DNA of 64,000 nucleotides from Acidimicrobiales bacterium (GCA_029246685.1 JAQWMR010000003.1:3964-67963), one strand, 5' to 3'; positions 40,728 to 50,667 are shown, counted from the first letter of the stretch. Program-made: numbers and translations. Notes: a model not told the origin generated them from the sequence alone.

Positions 40728-41291
40728 AAGCGAGCCCGGATCCAAGCTCATCTCGACGATGGGGACATCGACCTTTTCGGGATGACCTACCACCCGAGCT
40801 ACCCGTCGCTGACCGGCTACACCAACTGGATCGACTACGCCCTCGCCGAGAACCCTGACACTCGTATCTTTGTCGCCATCCCATGGCTGACGAACCCGGG
40901 CTCGAACAGCGCAACCGACTACAACACGATCTGGAACGCAGCCCACGTGACACTCGGGCACAGCATGATCGATGACCTCCGGAATCTCTACCCCGCCGTC
41001 GACATCTACGAGATTCCCTACGGGCAGGCCGCCGGCGAGCTCTACACCCTCTACGCGGCCGGGCAACTGCCCGACGTCGACCAGCTCAGCGGCTCCGGTG
41101 ACTCCATCTTCAGCGACAGCTTCGGCCACGCCAACGACATCCTCGAGGACCTCGCCGAACTCATCTGGCTACGAGCAATCTACGACGTCGACCTGTCGAC
41201 CTACGCATTCAACCCGGGGTATACCACCGACCTGAAGGCGATCGCCGACGCTGTCATGGACGCTCACGACCCTGCGTACGATGCGCCGTAG
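40728..41291 (+). pseudogene. Hypothetical acidic protein, apparently 5'-truncated or frameshifted at a C10 tract (ATG 40782 probably internal)
   Basis: Coding-like codon usage from KRARIQAHLDDGDIDLFGMTYHP on; SGNH-like tail DSFGH; no in-frame start between 40641 and 40782. Confidence 0.55.
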
Positions 41292-41305
41292 CGTCTGATC
41301 GCAGG

Positions 41306-42517
41306 TCAGCCGCCGGCACTGATTCCATCCAGAAGCGGCAGGGCTTCCAGCCCAAGCAGCTCACGGTAGGTGTTGTGGTAGTGGTGCAGGGCGGGCTCGT
41401 TGCGGCCGAAGACGATCTCGTCGAGCGATCCGGCGTTGGCCGCCGTCTGCTGACTGGAGCTCATGACGTAGTCCTCGTCACGGATGATCTCGCCGAAGTT
41501 CTGCGCGATGTTCGTGGCGATCTCAGAGAAGTCCGCTGTATCGAGACCGAGGGCCTTCGCCGCCTCCTCCTTCGACCGCAGGTAGAACTCCACCTTGCTC
41601 ACGTGACGGCCGGGGTCTCCTGGTGTGGGAATGGCCCGAACCACGAAAACGCCAACCTCGAATGGCATGAGAATCACGTTCGGGAAAATCCAGTAGACGG
41701 GCAACCCGGCGACCGTGATGTCCCACTCGTCCGCGGGAAGCTGGCGCATCTCGTCGATGGCGCGCTTGCACAGGATCATTCGGTGGAGATGGCCCTCCTC
41801 GTCGTAGCACTGGACGTTGCCGTGGAAAGTGAGCGCGAGTGTGTCCGAGTGGAGCGAGCTGAAGTGATACGTCTCGCCGAAGGTGTCCATCGCGAGTTTC
41901 CAGTTGCACGCGGTGTCGTACTCGGCGGTCGTGAGTAGCTCGAGTTCGTCGAACTTCCAGGTGGAGAACTCGTCGTTGAACCACTCGCCGAGCAGCCAGT
42001 CGAGATCGATCGCGCCATCTGGATCGGGGTTGACGAACAGGAGGCCGTGGCGCTCCTCGGCCGGAAGCGGCCGCAGCCCCATGCATTCCTTGTCGACGTC
42101 GCCGAAGTGCTCCGGCTTGGGCAGTCCAACGAGCGTCCCGCCGGGGTCGTAGCTCCATGAATGGAACGGGCACGTGAACCGACGCTTGGTGCCTCGCTCC
42201 TCGGTCTCGACAATGGCGCCGCGGTGCCGACACGAGTTCACGAAGGCTTTGAAGTCACCGTCGTCGTCGCGGGTGGCGAGAATCGGGATGCTGTAGTCGT
42301 TGTTCGTGAGAAACGAGCCGGGCCCGACCAGGTCGCCCGAGAGCCCGATGAGCTGCGGCATGCTCCGGAACCACTCGTTCCATTCGCGATCTGCCTGCGC
42401 TGGGTCGGTATAGGTCGCCGTGGGATTCCTGCGCAGCCCGCCGGCATCCACATTGGTGTCGCCATCGAGATGGGTGCACAGCTGCTTGATCAGACGGACC
42501 TGCTCATCGTGTCGCAT
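41306..42517 (-). CDS. Rieske ring-hydroxylating oxygenase, alpha subunit
   Basis: NSCRHRG, CPFHSWSY, NWKLAMDTFGETYHFSSLH, RDED. Confidence 0.95.
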   Translation of the reverse strand: MRHDEQVRLIKQLCTHLDGDTNVDAGGLRRNPTATYTDPAQADREWNEWFRSMPQLIGLSGDLVGPGSFLTNNDYSIPILATRDDDGDFKAFVNSCRHRGAIVETEERGTKRRFTCPFHSWSYDPGGTLVGLPKPEHFGDVDKECMGLRPLPAEERHGLLFVNPDPDGAIDLDWLLGEWFNDEFSTWKFDELELLTTAEYDTACNWKLAMDTFGETYHFSSLHSDTLALTFHGNVQCYDEEGHLHRMILCKRAIDEMRQLPADEWDITVAGLPVYWIFPNVILMPFEVGVFVVRAIPTPGDPGRHVSKVEFYLRSKEEAAKALGLDTADFSEIATNIAQNFGEIIRDEDYVMSSSQQTAANAGSLDEIVFGRNEPALHHYHNTYRELLGLEALPLLDGISAGG

Positions 42518-42562
42518 GAAAACACTTGACCAAAAACTTAGAGAGCTGTCAAACTTTCGCCC
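42518..42562. promoter_or_regulatory. Overlapping divergent promoters / TetR operator
   Basis: AT-rich 45-bp gap with TTGAC (42526-42530) ... GTCAA (42548-42552), i.e. a -35-like box on each strand. Confidence 0.6.
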
Positions 42563-43228
42563 ATGGTCGGTTTGCGGGAGAAGAACAAGGCGCTGCGCCG
42601 AGAGGCAATCCTCGACGCGACACTCCAGCTTCTCGGCAAGCATGACCCGTCGGAGATCACGACCAGTCAGATCGCCGCGCGGGCCGATGTGTCACCGGCG
42701 ACTGTCTTCAATCTGGTCGGCACCCGAGAACAACTCCTCGTTGCGCTCGGTGCTCGAGTCGTCGAAACCATCCTCGACGCACTGACCGAGCTCGAGAAGC
42801 AGACTGGCGGCGATCCGATCGCAGCGGCGCGACTGATCGTCGACGTCTCCGTTGCTGCTTTCGCCGTCGAGTCGACCGCGTATCGGCGTGTGGTCGCGGA
42901 GATCGTGTATCGCCACGACGTGGACGGCAGCTCTGGCTTCGATCCGGCTCGACTCCAAGAGGCGGCGATGCACGACGCACAAGAGAGAGGCATCGTCGAC
43001 GCGCGCTTCGATCCTGCTGGCCTCGGCAAGCAGATCTACGCGTCGTACTCCGCCGCCATGCTGCGCTGGTCAGTTGGCAAGATCGACGACGCCGGTTTCC
43101 TGATATTGGCCCGCCACGGCCTCCTCGCAGTCCTGGCCGCCACCGCGACCGACGACCATCGCGATGCGTTCTGCAATGAGCTCGTCGGGTTGTCAGCCTG
43201 CTTGGCTGAACTCTCACAGGCGAACTGA
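42563..43228 (+). CDS. TetR/AcrR family transcriptional regulator
   Basis: GLREKNK..RRE.IL, TT.QIA.RADVSPATVFN..GTRE HTH. Confidence 0.93.
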   Translation: MVGLREKNKALRREAILDATLQLLGKHDPSEITTSQIAARADVSPATVFNLVGTREQLLVALGARVVETILDALTELEKQTGGDPIAAARLIVDVSVAAFAVESTAYRRVVAEIVYRHDVDGSSGFDPARLQEAAMHDAQERGIVDARFDPAGLGKQIYASYSAAMLRWSVGKIDDAGFLILARHGLLAVLAATATDDHRDAFCNELVGLSACLAELSQAN

Positions 43229-43268
43229 CACGCTCGGAAGCAGACCATCGAACCACTAGGTTCGCGCC

Positions 43269-44186
43269 GTGCCGCACCTCCCAGGAAGCCCATACTGGCA
43301 GCGCGACGGTTCGCATTCACAGGTGCTCGACTACCACCTGAGCATGCTCCTCGACACGGCCCGAATGCAATCGTACCGGCGTGCGATCGAGGCCTCGGTG
43401 CAGCCCGGCGACGTGGTGGTCGATATCGGGTGCGGTACGGGCGTTCTGTCATTCATGGCCTGCGAGGCCGGCGCGAAGCAGGTCTACGCCATCGAAGGTG
43501 GACCGGTCATCGAGCTGGCCCGAGAGCTGGCCATCGACAACGGGTTCGCGGATCGGATCGAATTCCTCACTGGCTGGTCGATCGACGTCGGCATCCCCGA
43601 GCCCGCCGACGTACTCATCACGGAGACCCTCGGCAATGCGGGTCTCGACGAAGGGATCATTGCGTGGACCGCCGACGCCCGGCAGCGCCTGCTCCGCCCC
43701 GGGGCAGCGCTCCTGCCCGAAAGGCTTCGCCTCTGGGTCGCAGCTGCAGAATCGTTCGATGATCACGCGTTGGTCTCGGATTGGTTGATCCCAGACCTTC
43801 CGTACGACTACACCGCGGCCCACCGCCGGGCGGCGCGGACCTTGTGGTTCGCCGACGTCGAACCGGCCAAGCTCCTCGGTCAGCCGGAACTGGCCGCCGA
43901 CATAGACCTGACGACCGCCCTCAACGCATCGACAGCAGCGGCCGGCCGCCTGCGGGTCGACCGCGACGGCACCCTCCACGGGCTGGCTTGCTGGTTCGAT
44001 TCCCTCTTGTGTCCCGGCGTCACTGTCGACAATTCGCCGCCTCGCTCAGTCTCGAGTTGGTCCCAGGGATTCTTGCCCCTGGCCGCGCCCGTAGCCGTCT
44101 CCGCCGGCGACGATTTCAGCTGGGAGCTGTCGGTCTCCCCCGACGGCGAACACTGGACCTGGCAGGTCGAGCGCGTCAGCGATTGA
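43269..44186 (+). CDS. Protein-arginine-methyltransferase (PRMT)-like SAM methyltransferase
   Basis: YH.SML.D..R..SY..AI, VVDIGCGTGVLS, VYAIE, double-E loop ITETLGNAGLDE, HGLACWFD, P...SSW.Q. Confidence 0.82.
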   Translation: MPHLPGSPYWQRDGSHSQVLDYHLSMLLDTARMQSYRRAIEASVQPGDVVVDIGCGTGVLSFMACEAGAKQVYAIEGGPVIELARELAIDNGFADRIEFLTGWSIDVGIPEPADVLITETLGNAGLDEGIIAWTADARQRLLRPGAALLPERLRLWVAAAESFDDHALVSDWLIPDLPYDYTAAHRRAARTLWFADVEPAKLLGQPELAADIDLTTALNASTAAAGRLRVDRDGTLHGLACWFDSLLCPGVTVDNSPPRSVSSWSQGFLPLAAPVAVSAGDDFSWELSVSPDGEHWTWQVERVSD

Positions 44187-44263
44187 GGGTGAGCGATAGG
44201 CTCCGGCACGGTTGCGCACAGTCCCTGCGTAGCCGTCCAACCGCATTCAGGAGATCAGCCGTC

Positions 44264-44584
44264 TTGGCCACAAGGAAGCTCACCCCGCTGCAAGAATCAG
44301 AGGCTCGCCGCAAGGCAGCTGAGGAAGCGAAGAAGAACAAGAAGACGGTTGTCCGCTCGGACGAGGAGAAGGCTGTCCGCAAGGAACGCGTCGAGAAGGC
44401 GAAGGATGCCCTCGCCCGCTCGAGCGGCATGAAGGGCAACCACGTGGCTGCTGGCCGTTCCGCGCTCAAGGACTTTCTGCGCCGTCTCAATGAGCCGAAG
44501 CAGCCGGACGATGCGAGCTTCGACGCGCTCATCGAAGCTCCGTTCAAAGCTCCGCCGAAGAAAAAGTCAAACGACCGCTACTAG
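44264..44584 (+). CDS. Small Lys/Arg-rich hypothetical protein (106 aa)
   Basis: CAGGAG RBS then TTG 44264; AAG/GAG-rich coding-like sequence; 17 K + 11 R counted by hand. Confidence 0.7.
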   Translation: MATRKLTPLQESEARRKAAEEAKKNKKTVVRSDEEKAVRKERVEKAKDALARSSGMKGNHVAAGRSALKDFLRRLNEPKQPDDASFDALIEAPFKAPPKKKSNDRY

Positions 44585-44589
44585 CGCTG

Positions 44590-45248
44590 TCAGAGATCGA
44601 GACTCTCGAGTAGATCGAGAAAGTCGTACTCACGCGCGAGAAACGGCCGCAGATTCTGCACGGCCGCCGGAGTCAGCGTCGTCTTGAAGTTGGCCGGCGT
44701 CTCGTGGCGTCCGACCGGATCGCTGGTGAGGGTTGCCGCGATGCCCAAGACGTTGCAGAGCCGTTCGAAGTCCTCCTCGAGGCGCCCCTGACGCAGGACC
44801 ATGAGTACGTCTGAGCTTCGGGCGAGGAACGACTGCTCGTCATCGAGCCAGTCCCAGTACGACGACGAGACGTGCCTGATCGATCGGTACGCCTTCTCGG
44901 CCCCCTCCTCGCGGCCGAGCGCTTCAGCGAGCGCGCTCGGCGTCGAATATCTCGCGAACGCCGCGGCCTCACGTGGAAGCCACTGCTCGTCGTAGCGAGG
45001 ACGACCCTTTCGCGAGCGGCTATTGAAGCCGCTGACGAAGCGTTCGATCGGATCGCGCACCGCGAAGACGAACTGCTCCCCGACCGGAACGTCGCTCATC
45101 GTCACGCGATGCTTGTGTAGATGCAGTGGCACCCGGCACCCGGCACCCGGCACTCATCGAGCCGATCCTCGAGTGCCCCGTTGACCACGGTGCCACCGGT
45201 CTTGCCGATGTGGAGGAAGTGGATCGGGCGATAATCAGCGTCGCTCAT
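44590..45248 (-). pseudogene. Sulfotransferase family 2 gene frameshifted by a 7-bp tandem repeat
   Basis: 5'-PSB FLHIGKTGGT in the frame of ATG 45248; 3'-PB VRDPIERFVSGF and LEEDF in a different frame; shift lies in the repeat. Confidence 0.85.
45128..45153. repeat. Heptamer tandem repeat (GGCACCC)3 GGCAC
   Basis: Read directly: units at 45128, 45135, 45142 and a partial unit at 45149. Confidence 0.95.
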
Positions 45249-45292
45249 CGCCTCGAGCGCCTAGGCATGCCGACTCAGTCGGAGCGGCTCCA

Positions 45293-46531
45293 TCAACCCT
45301 CGTCGGCTTGGGCGTACGGACTCTCGAGAATGCTCTCGTGACCGTCGGTGATCGGCTGGTCGACTCGCTGGCCACTCCCGCCACCCGGGCCGAACGAGTC
45401 CACGACCTCTCGGAGCGCTTCGCGGTCGGGGACCTGCGGTAGCTGTTGGGGCTGACCTGGCATCTCGGCGATGTGCAGCGTCTGGGTGGGGAAGGCGAAG
45501 TCGACGTTGAGCGATTCCGCGAGCCGCATGATATCGAGGTTGAGGACGTGCCTGGTCCGCAGCTCCTCGGTCCAGTCGGCCGCGTCCATGAAGCAGTACA
45601 CCAGGACGTCGAGGCTGGTGGCGCCGAAGCCGTGAAACTCGACCATGTAGTAGTCCTGCCGCATGCCGGGGTTCGCCCGGATGATGGCCCGGATTCCTTC
45701 GACGAACGCCTGCATCTGGTCCGGCTTGGTGTGGTAGCCGACCCCGAGCGTGGTCTTGTAACGACGCCAACGGCGCTGACCCATGTTGTCGATGCCGGTG
45801 TTCATCAGATTGCCGTTGGGCACGCTGACGAGCGAGTTGTAGAAGGTGCGCACTCGGGTAGAGCGAAAGCCGACACTCTCGACGGTGCCCTCGACGCCAT
45901 CGACGACCACCCAGTCGCCGACCTCAAACGGCTTGTCGGCGAAGATCGTGGCGCCACCGAGAACGTTGCGAACCGTATCTTGTGCAGCCAGAGCGATCGC
46001 GAGACCGCCGAGACCCAGGCCGGCGATCAGCGACGAGACATTGACGTCGAGATTCTGCAGCACGAACAGGATGCCCACCGCAGTAACGAAGAGCCGCATC
46101 GTTGTTCGCAGCAACGGCACGAGGCTGTCGTCGAGCTTCGTTTCTGTCTCACCTGCGCGCCTCGCCAGCACGTCCACGGCGATGTCTATAGCGCGGTACG
46201 CAACCATGATGATCGCAACCGCGGCAATGAGGCTCGTCGCCTGATTCACGACGTTCTCGACGTCCGGATCGAAGTCGAGCGTCGGGAATCCGACCAGCAC
46301 CGTGATCCCGATCGCGAGCAGCAGAATGCCGCGGTTCAGCAGCCGCCGCTCGCCCTCCCAGAACGTGAGTTCCTCACCGTCGAATCGACGCCGCACAACG
46401 AGCGAGATCGCGCGTATCAGCGCGAAATGCAGCACGGCGGCGACAAGTACCAACACAGCGAGACCGATGTATTGCTCCACCTCGATCCCGAGGTACTCGT
46501 CGGTGAGCCAGTCGGGCGAAGCAACGATCAC
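45293..46531 (-). CDS. MscS-family mechanosensitive channel
   Basis: AGLGLGGLAIALAAQDT, DKPFEVGDW, GTVE.VGFRSTRVRT, VPN, FAFPTQTL. Confidence 0.95.
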   Translation of the reverse strand: MIVASPDWLTDEYLGIEVEQYIGLAVLVLVAAVLHFALIRAISLVVRRRFDGEELTFWEGERRLLNRGILLLAIGITVLVGFPTLDFDPDVENVVNQATSLIAAVAIIMVAYRAIDIAVDVLARRAGETETKLDDSLVPLLRTTMRLFVTAVGILFVLQNLDVNVSSLIAGLGLGGLAIALAAQDTVRNVLGGATIFADKPFEVGDWVVVDGVEGTVESVGFRSTRVRTFYNSLVSVPNGNLMNTGIDNMGQRRWRRYKTTLGVGYHTKPDQMQAFVEGIRAIIRANPGMRQDYYMVEFHGFGATSLDVLVYCFMDAADWTEELRTRHVLNLDIMRLAESLNVDFAFPTQTLHIAEMPGQPQQLPQVPDREALREVVDSFGPGGGSGQRVDQPITDGHESILESPYAQADEG

Positions 46532-46714
46532 CTCATCAACATAGTCAGCCGACGCGACCAGCTCTGAGACCCTCGCGTGGACTCGAGCTTCCGGCCGGAA
46601 GGAACGACAGGTTCTGGTGAGGAGCGAGGCGATAGCTTCGCCGCATGGCCGCGGTGTAAGACGTTCTCGATCGAGCTGGTCGAGTAGACGCTGAGCAGCC
46701 CTCGTCGAGCCGAG

Positions 46715-47482
46715 TCAGCGCGCGGTGTAGCCGGCGTCGACGTGGACGATCTCACCGGTCATGTAGCTCGCTTCGTCCGACGCGAGGAACACGACCACCT
46801 TTGCGATCTCCTCAGGTCGAGCCAGACGCTTCATAGGGATCGTCGCATCGGCCAGTGCCTGCAGATCTTCCGCGGTCGGGGGCGCGTCGCGCTGCGACGA
46901 GAGCATCGGCGTGTCCACCTCGCCCGGCGCGACAGCATTCACCCGGATCCCATCCTCGGCGTGGTCGAGCGCGAGCGCCCGGGTGAGTTGATGGACAGCT
47001 CCCTTGGACACGCAGTACGCGGTCGACCCTGCGGAACCCACCCCACCCCAGATGGAACCGAAGTTCACGATTGCCCCGGTACTGGCGCTCGTCATGTGTC
47101 GAAGGGCGGCCCGACACATGAAGAACATGCCGTCCACGTTCACGCTCATCACCCGACGCCAGTCGTCGTCGCCGGTACCAAGTGCGTCCGCCCGGTGGAT
47201 CGTGCCAGCGGCTGTGACGAGGACATCGACCGAGCCGTGCTCGGCGAACGTCGCGTCGACCGTCGCGTCGCAGAATGCCGAATCGCGCACATCGCCGGCG
47301 GCCACCGACACTGCCGGTGAGCCCGCGGCACGACACTCCCCCGCCATGGACTCCGCTCCACCCTCGTCGAGGTCGACGAGGGTCAGCGTCGCACCTCTCG
47401 CGGCGAACTCTCGCGCCGACGCGGCGCCCATCCCCGACGCTGCACCCGTGATGACGACTGACCGACCGGTGAAGTCGCTCAT
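46715..47482 (-). CDS. SDR oxidoreductase
   Basis: TGAASGMG, YCVSK, IRVNAVAPG, VDAG. Confidence 0.93.
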   Translation of the reverse strand: MSDFTGRSVVITGAASGMGAASAREFAARGATLTLVDLDEGGAESMAGECRAAGSPAVSVAAGDVRDSAFCDATVDATFAEHGSVDVLVTAAGTIHRADALGTGDDDWRRVMSVNVDGMFFMCRAALRHMTSASTGAIVNFGSIWGGVGSAGSTAYCVSKGAVHQLTRALALDHAEDGIRVNAVAPGEVDTPMLSSQRDAPPTAEDLQALADATIPMKRLARPEEIAKVVVFLASDEASYMTGEIVHVDAGYTAR

Positions 47483-48249
47483 GCCACGTCGCCCTCGCCT
47501 GGCGGCACAGCATCGAACGACATCCCGCCGTAGGTCTGCCCCGTGGGCTGGAGTTCGATCCGATTGATGTTGACGTGGGCGGGGACGGTGACGGCGTAGT
47601 GGATTGCGTCTGCGACCTCGTCGGCGGTCACCTCCTGCACGCCACTGTCCTTCACTCTCGCCCGCTGCGTGGGATCGCTCACGGCCACGTCGTAGAACTC
47701 AGTCGCGACCCGACCCGGGTTTATCTCGGTGACGCGCACTCCCGTCCCCCGGAGTTCGATGCGGAGGTTCGTGCAGAATCGATGCACCGCTGCCTTGGAC
47801 GCTCCGTAGGTCGCGGACGACAGCGGATACAGGCCGGCCATCGACCCGATGTTGACGATGTGGCCGCTCCGTCGCTCGATCATCGGCGGCAGGAAGACCT
47901 TCGTGGCGACCATCAACGCGGTCACGTTCGTGTCGATCGTCTGGGTGATGTCCTCGATCGTCCCCTCGGCGAGCGGCGCATCCAGCCGTCCGAGCCCGGC
48001 GTTGTTCACGAGCAGGTCGACAGGCCCGACGGAGCCCGCGAGCGCCACAAGCGCGTCAGAGTCCGTGACGTCGAGGGAATGAATGACACAACCCGTCTCT
48101 TCGGCGAGCTGTCCGAGCCGATCACCGCGTCGGGCCACGGCATGGATCCGCACTCCCTCTGCGGCCAGCCGACGTAAGGTCGCCGCTCCGATTCCGCTGG
48201 ACGCACCCGTCACGAGGGCGGACGACGGTAGAGATCCGGAGCCACTCAT
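47479..48249 (-). CDS. SDR oxidoreductase (YdfG-like NADP-dependent)
   Basis: [30 protein letters not shown]. Confidence 0.92.
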   Translation of the reverse strand: MSGSGSLPSSALVTGASSGIGAATLRRLAAEGVRIHAVARRGDRLGQLAEETGCVIHSLDVTDSDALVALAGSVGPVDLLVNNAGLGRLDAPLAEGTIEDITQTIDTNVTALMVATKVFLPPMIERRSGHIVNIGSMAGLYPLSSATYGASKAAVHRFCTNLRIELRGTGVRVTEINPGRVATEFYDVAVSDPTQRARVKDSGVQEVTADEVADAIHYAVTVPAHVNINRIELQPTGQTYGGMSFDAVPPGEGDVA

Positions 48250-48392
48250 TTCTCGCTCGCCATACGCGTTCCCATCCCTCTCGGCTGCAGGCAGACAACG
48301 CTACCTCGCCGGACCAGCGGCCCAAGACGACAGTCAAGTCCGGACTGGCCTACCTTTCCCTCGCTGACCCCTGCACGACAAGAGACAAAACG

Positions 48393-50639
48393 ATGGCGTT
48401 TCTCGACTCAGAAATCGAAGCAACAGAAGCCTGGTTCGGCTCGGATCGCTTCTCGGAGATCACCCGACTCTTCACGGCCCGTCAGGTTGTCGAACAGCGG
48501 GGAACCATCGACCAGGACTACACCGTTGCCCGGGTCGCAGCCGAGCGATTCCACACGCGGCTACGCGAGCTTCGTTCGCAGGGCAAGAGCATCACCACGT
48601 ACGGCCCCTACTCCCCCGGCCAGGCCGTCGCCATGAAGCGATCGGGCATCGAAGGGATCTACCTGGGCGGCTGGGCCACATCGGCCAAGGGCTCGATGTC
48701 GGAAGATCCGGGCGCTGACCTCGCGAGCTACCCGCTGAGCGCAGTGCCGGATGAGGCGGCCCCCATCGTCCGGGCCCTTCTCGCGGCCGACAAGAACCAG
48801 CGTTTCGCCCGAACCCGCATGAGCGAGGAGCAGCGAGACAGCACCCCTGAGGTCGACTTCCTGCCGTACATCATCGCCGATGCCGACACCGGCCACGGCG
48901 GCGACGGACACGTCCGCAATCTCGTGCGCCGCTTCGTCGAGGTCGGGGTCCCCGGGTACCACATCGAGGACCAGAAGCCGGGCGTGAAGAAGTGCGGTCA
49001 CCAGGGCGGCAAGGTGCTCGTCCCGGTCGATGAGCAGATCAAGCGCCTCAACGCGGCAAGGTTCCAGCTCGACATCATGACCGTCGGCGGCATCATCGTG
49101 GCTCGCACCGACGCGGAGGCGGCGACACTGCTCGACGGCTCCGGCGACGAACGCGACCAAGCCTTCATTCTCGGCGCCACCAAGCTCGACGTTCCGAGCT
49201 ACAAGAACGCCTTCCTGGCGATCATGGAGAGCCTGAACAGCGCCGGCGTCTCCGATCTCAACGGCCATCTGCTCTACGGCATCCCGGACGACCAGAAGGC
49301 CGAGGCGATCGCGTGGATCAAGTCGAACGGTCTCAACGCCAACATCGCCGACGCTGCCGCGGCGGTCGGCGCCGGCACCCTCACCGCCGAGCAGGCGCTC
49401 GACACCGTGGGCGATGCCTTCGTCGACGCCTGGCAGTCGGCAGCCGGCCTCATGACCTACCGCGAAGCCGTCGCCGAGGCGATGGCGTTCCGCGCCGAGG
49501 AGGGCGTCGAACTCTCGATGACCCTCGATGAATGGGACGCCTTCTCCGAGCCCGCCTCCTGGCACGTCGCCCAGGCCAAGGCCGATGAGATGGGCCTCGA
49601 TGTCCACTGGGACGCTCGAATCGCAAAGACGCCCGAGGGCTACTACCAGATCCGAGGCGGCATCCCGTTCGCCATCGCCAAGTCGCTCGCGGTCGCTCCG
49701 TTCTGCGACATCATCTGGATGGAAACGAAGACTGCCGACCTCGAGGACGCAAAGGTGTTCGCCGAGGCCATCAAGGCCGTGTACCCCGACAAGATGATGG
49801 CCTACAACCTGTCGCCGTCCTTCAACTGGGACACCACGGGCATGACCGATGACGAGATGCGGGCGTTCCCAGCTGAGATCGGCAAGCTCGGATTCGTGTT
49901 CAACTTCATCACGTACGGCGGCCATCAGATCGACGGCCTCGCGAGCGAAGAGTTCTCCGCCTCGCTGCAGGAAGACGGCATGTTGGCCTTGGCCCGGCTC
50001 CAGCGGAAGTTCCGCTTGGTGGAGTCCCCGTACGCGACCCCGCAGACACTCGTCGGCGGGCCCCGCCTCGATGCCGCCCTCATGGGCTCGTCCGGACGCA
50101 CCGCCACCACCAAGGCCATGGGCAAGGGTTCCACCCAGTTCCAGCACCTGGTGCAGACCGAAGTGCCGCCGCGGCTGCTCGAGGAGTGGCTCGCCGAGTG
50201 GGCCGGAGCCCACGGCGTCGATGCCGCATTGTCCGTGCAGTTGCGCCCCCACACCCCGGGCTCAGAGATCCTCGAGCTCCAGGTCAACGGGGCCGATGAG
50301 ACCTTCGCCAACGTGGTGTTCTCCGTCATCCACGATCGTCGGAACCGTCCGATCCTGCTGGTGCGCGACCAGAACAACCATCGTCAAGAGATGCGCCGCA
50401 AGCGGCTCATGACGCTGATGCACCTGTTCCTGATCCATCGCTACAAGATCGCCGCGATCCACTTCCTCAGCCCCACGGACGACAACCACAAGCAGGCAGA
50501 GGGCATGCGGAACAACGGCATCTTCGGAAATGTCACCGATGAGGTGGGCGAGATCATCGTCGCCGAAGTCAGCGAGACCGACGTCGGACCGCTCCTGGGC
50601 GAGGACCGCAGCGCGCTCTCATCGTTCATCGCGGTTTGA
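48393..50639 (+). CDS. aceA: Isocitrate lyase, long ICL2 type
   Basis: [39 protein letters not shown]; 748 aa with internal insertion and C-terminal extension. Confidence 0.95.
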   Translation: MAFLDSEIEATEAWFGSDRFSEITRLFTARQVVEQRGTIDQDYTVARVAAERFHTRLRELRSQGKSITTYGPYSPGQAVAMKRSGIEGIYLGGWATSAKGSMSEDPGADLASYPLSAVPDEAAPIVRALLAADKNQRFARTRMSEEQRDSTPEVDFLPYIIADADTGHGGDGHVRNLVRRFVEVGVPGYHIEDQKPGVKKCGHQGGKVLVPVDEQIKRLNAARFQLDIMTVGGIIVARTDAEAATLLDGSGDERDQAFILGATKLDVPSYKNAFLAIMESLNSAGVSDLNGHLLYGIPDDQKAEAIAWIKSNGLNANIADAAAAVGAGTLTAEQALDTVGDAFVDAWQSAAGLMTYREAVAEAMAFRAEEGVELSMTLDEWDAFSEPASWHVAQAKADEMGLDVHWDARIAKTPEGYYQIRGGIPFAIAKSLAVAPFCDIIWMETKTADLEDAKVFAEAIKAVYPDKMMAYNLSPSFNWDTTGMTDDEMRAFPAEIGKLGFVFNFITYGGHQIDGLASEEFSASLQEDGMLALARLQRKFRLVESPYATPQTLVGGPRLDAALMGSSGRTATTKAMGKGSTQFQHLVQTEVPPRLLEEWLAEWAGAHGVDAALSVQLRPHTPGSEILELQVNGADETFANVVFSVIHDRRNRPILLVRDQNNHRQEMRRKRLMTLMHLFLIHRYKIAAIHFLSPTDDNHKQAEGMRNNGIFGNVTDEVGEIIVAEVSETDVGPLLGEDRSALSSFIAV

Positions 50640-50640
50640 G

Positions 50641-50667
50641 CGCTCCCGCGGTGTGGACCGCGGTGCG
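50641..50667. terminator. GC-rich hairpin after aceA
   Basis: CCGCGGT-GTGG-ACCGCGG (50646-50663) between convergent genes; no clear U tract. Confidence 0.5.

Noticed and set aside
46532-46714. N-terminal extension of MscS or a small ORF upstream
   Set aside because: Frame is open but has no start; TATGTT-6-GTG supports the 46531 start; no recognisable motif
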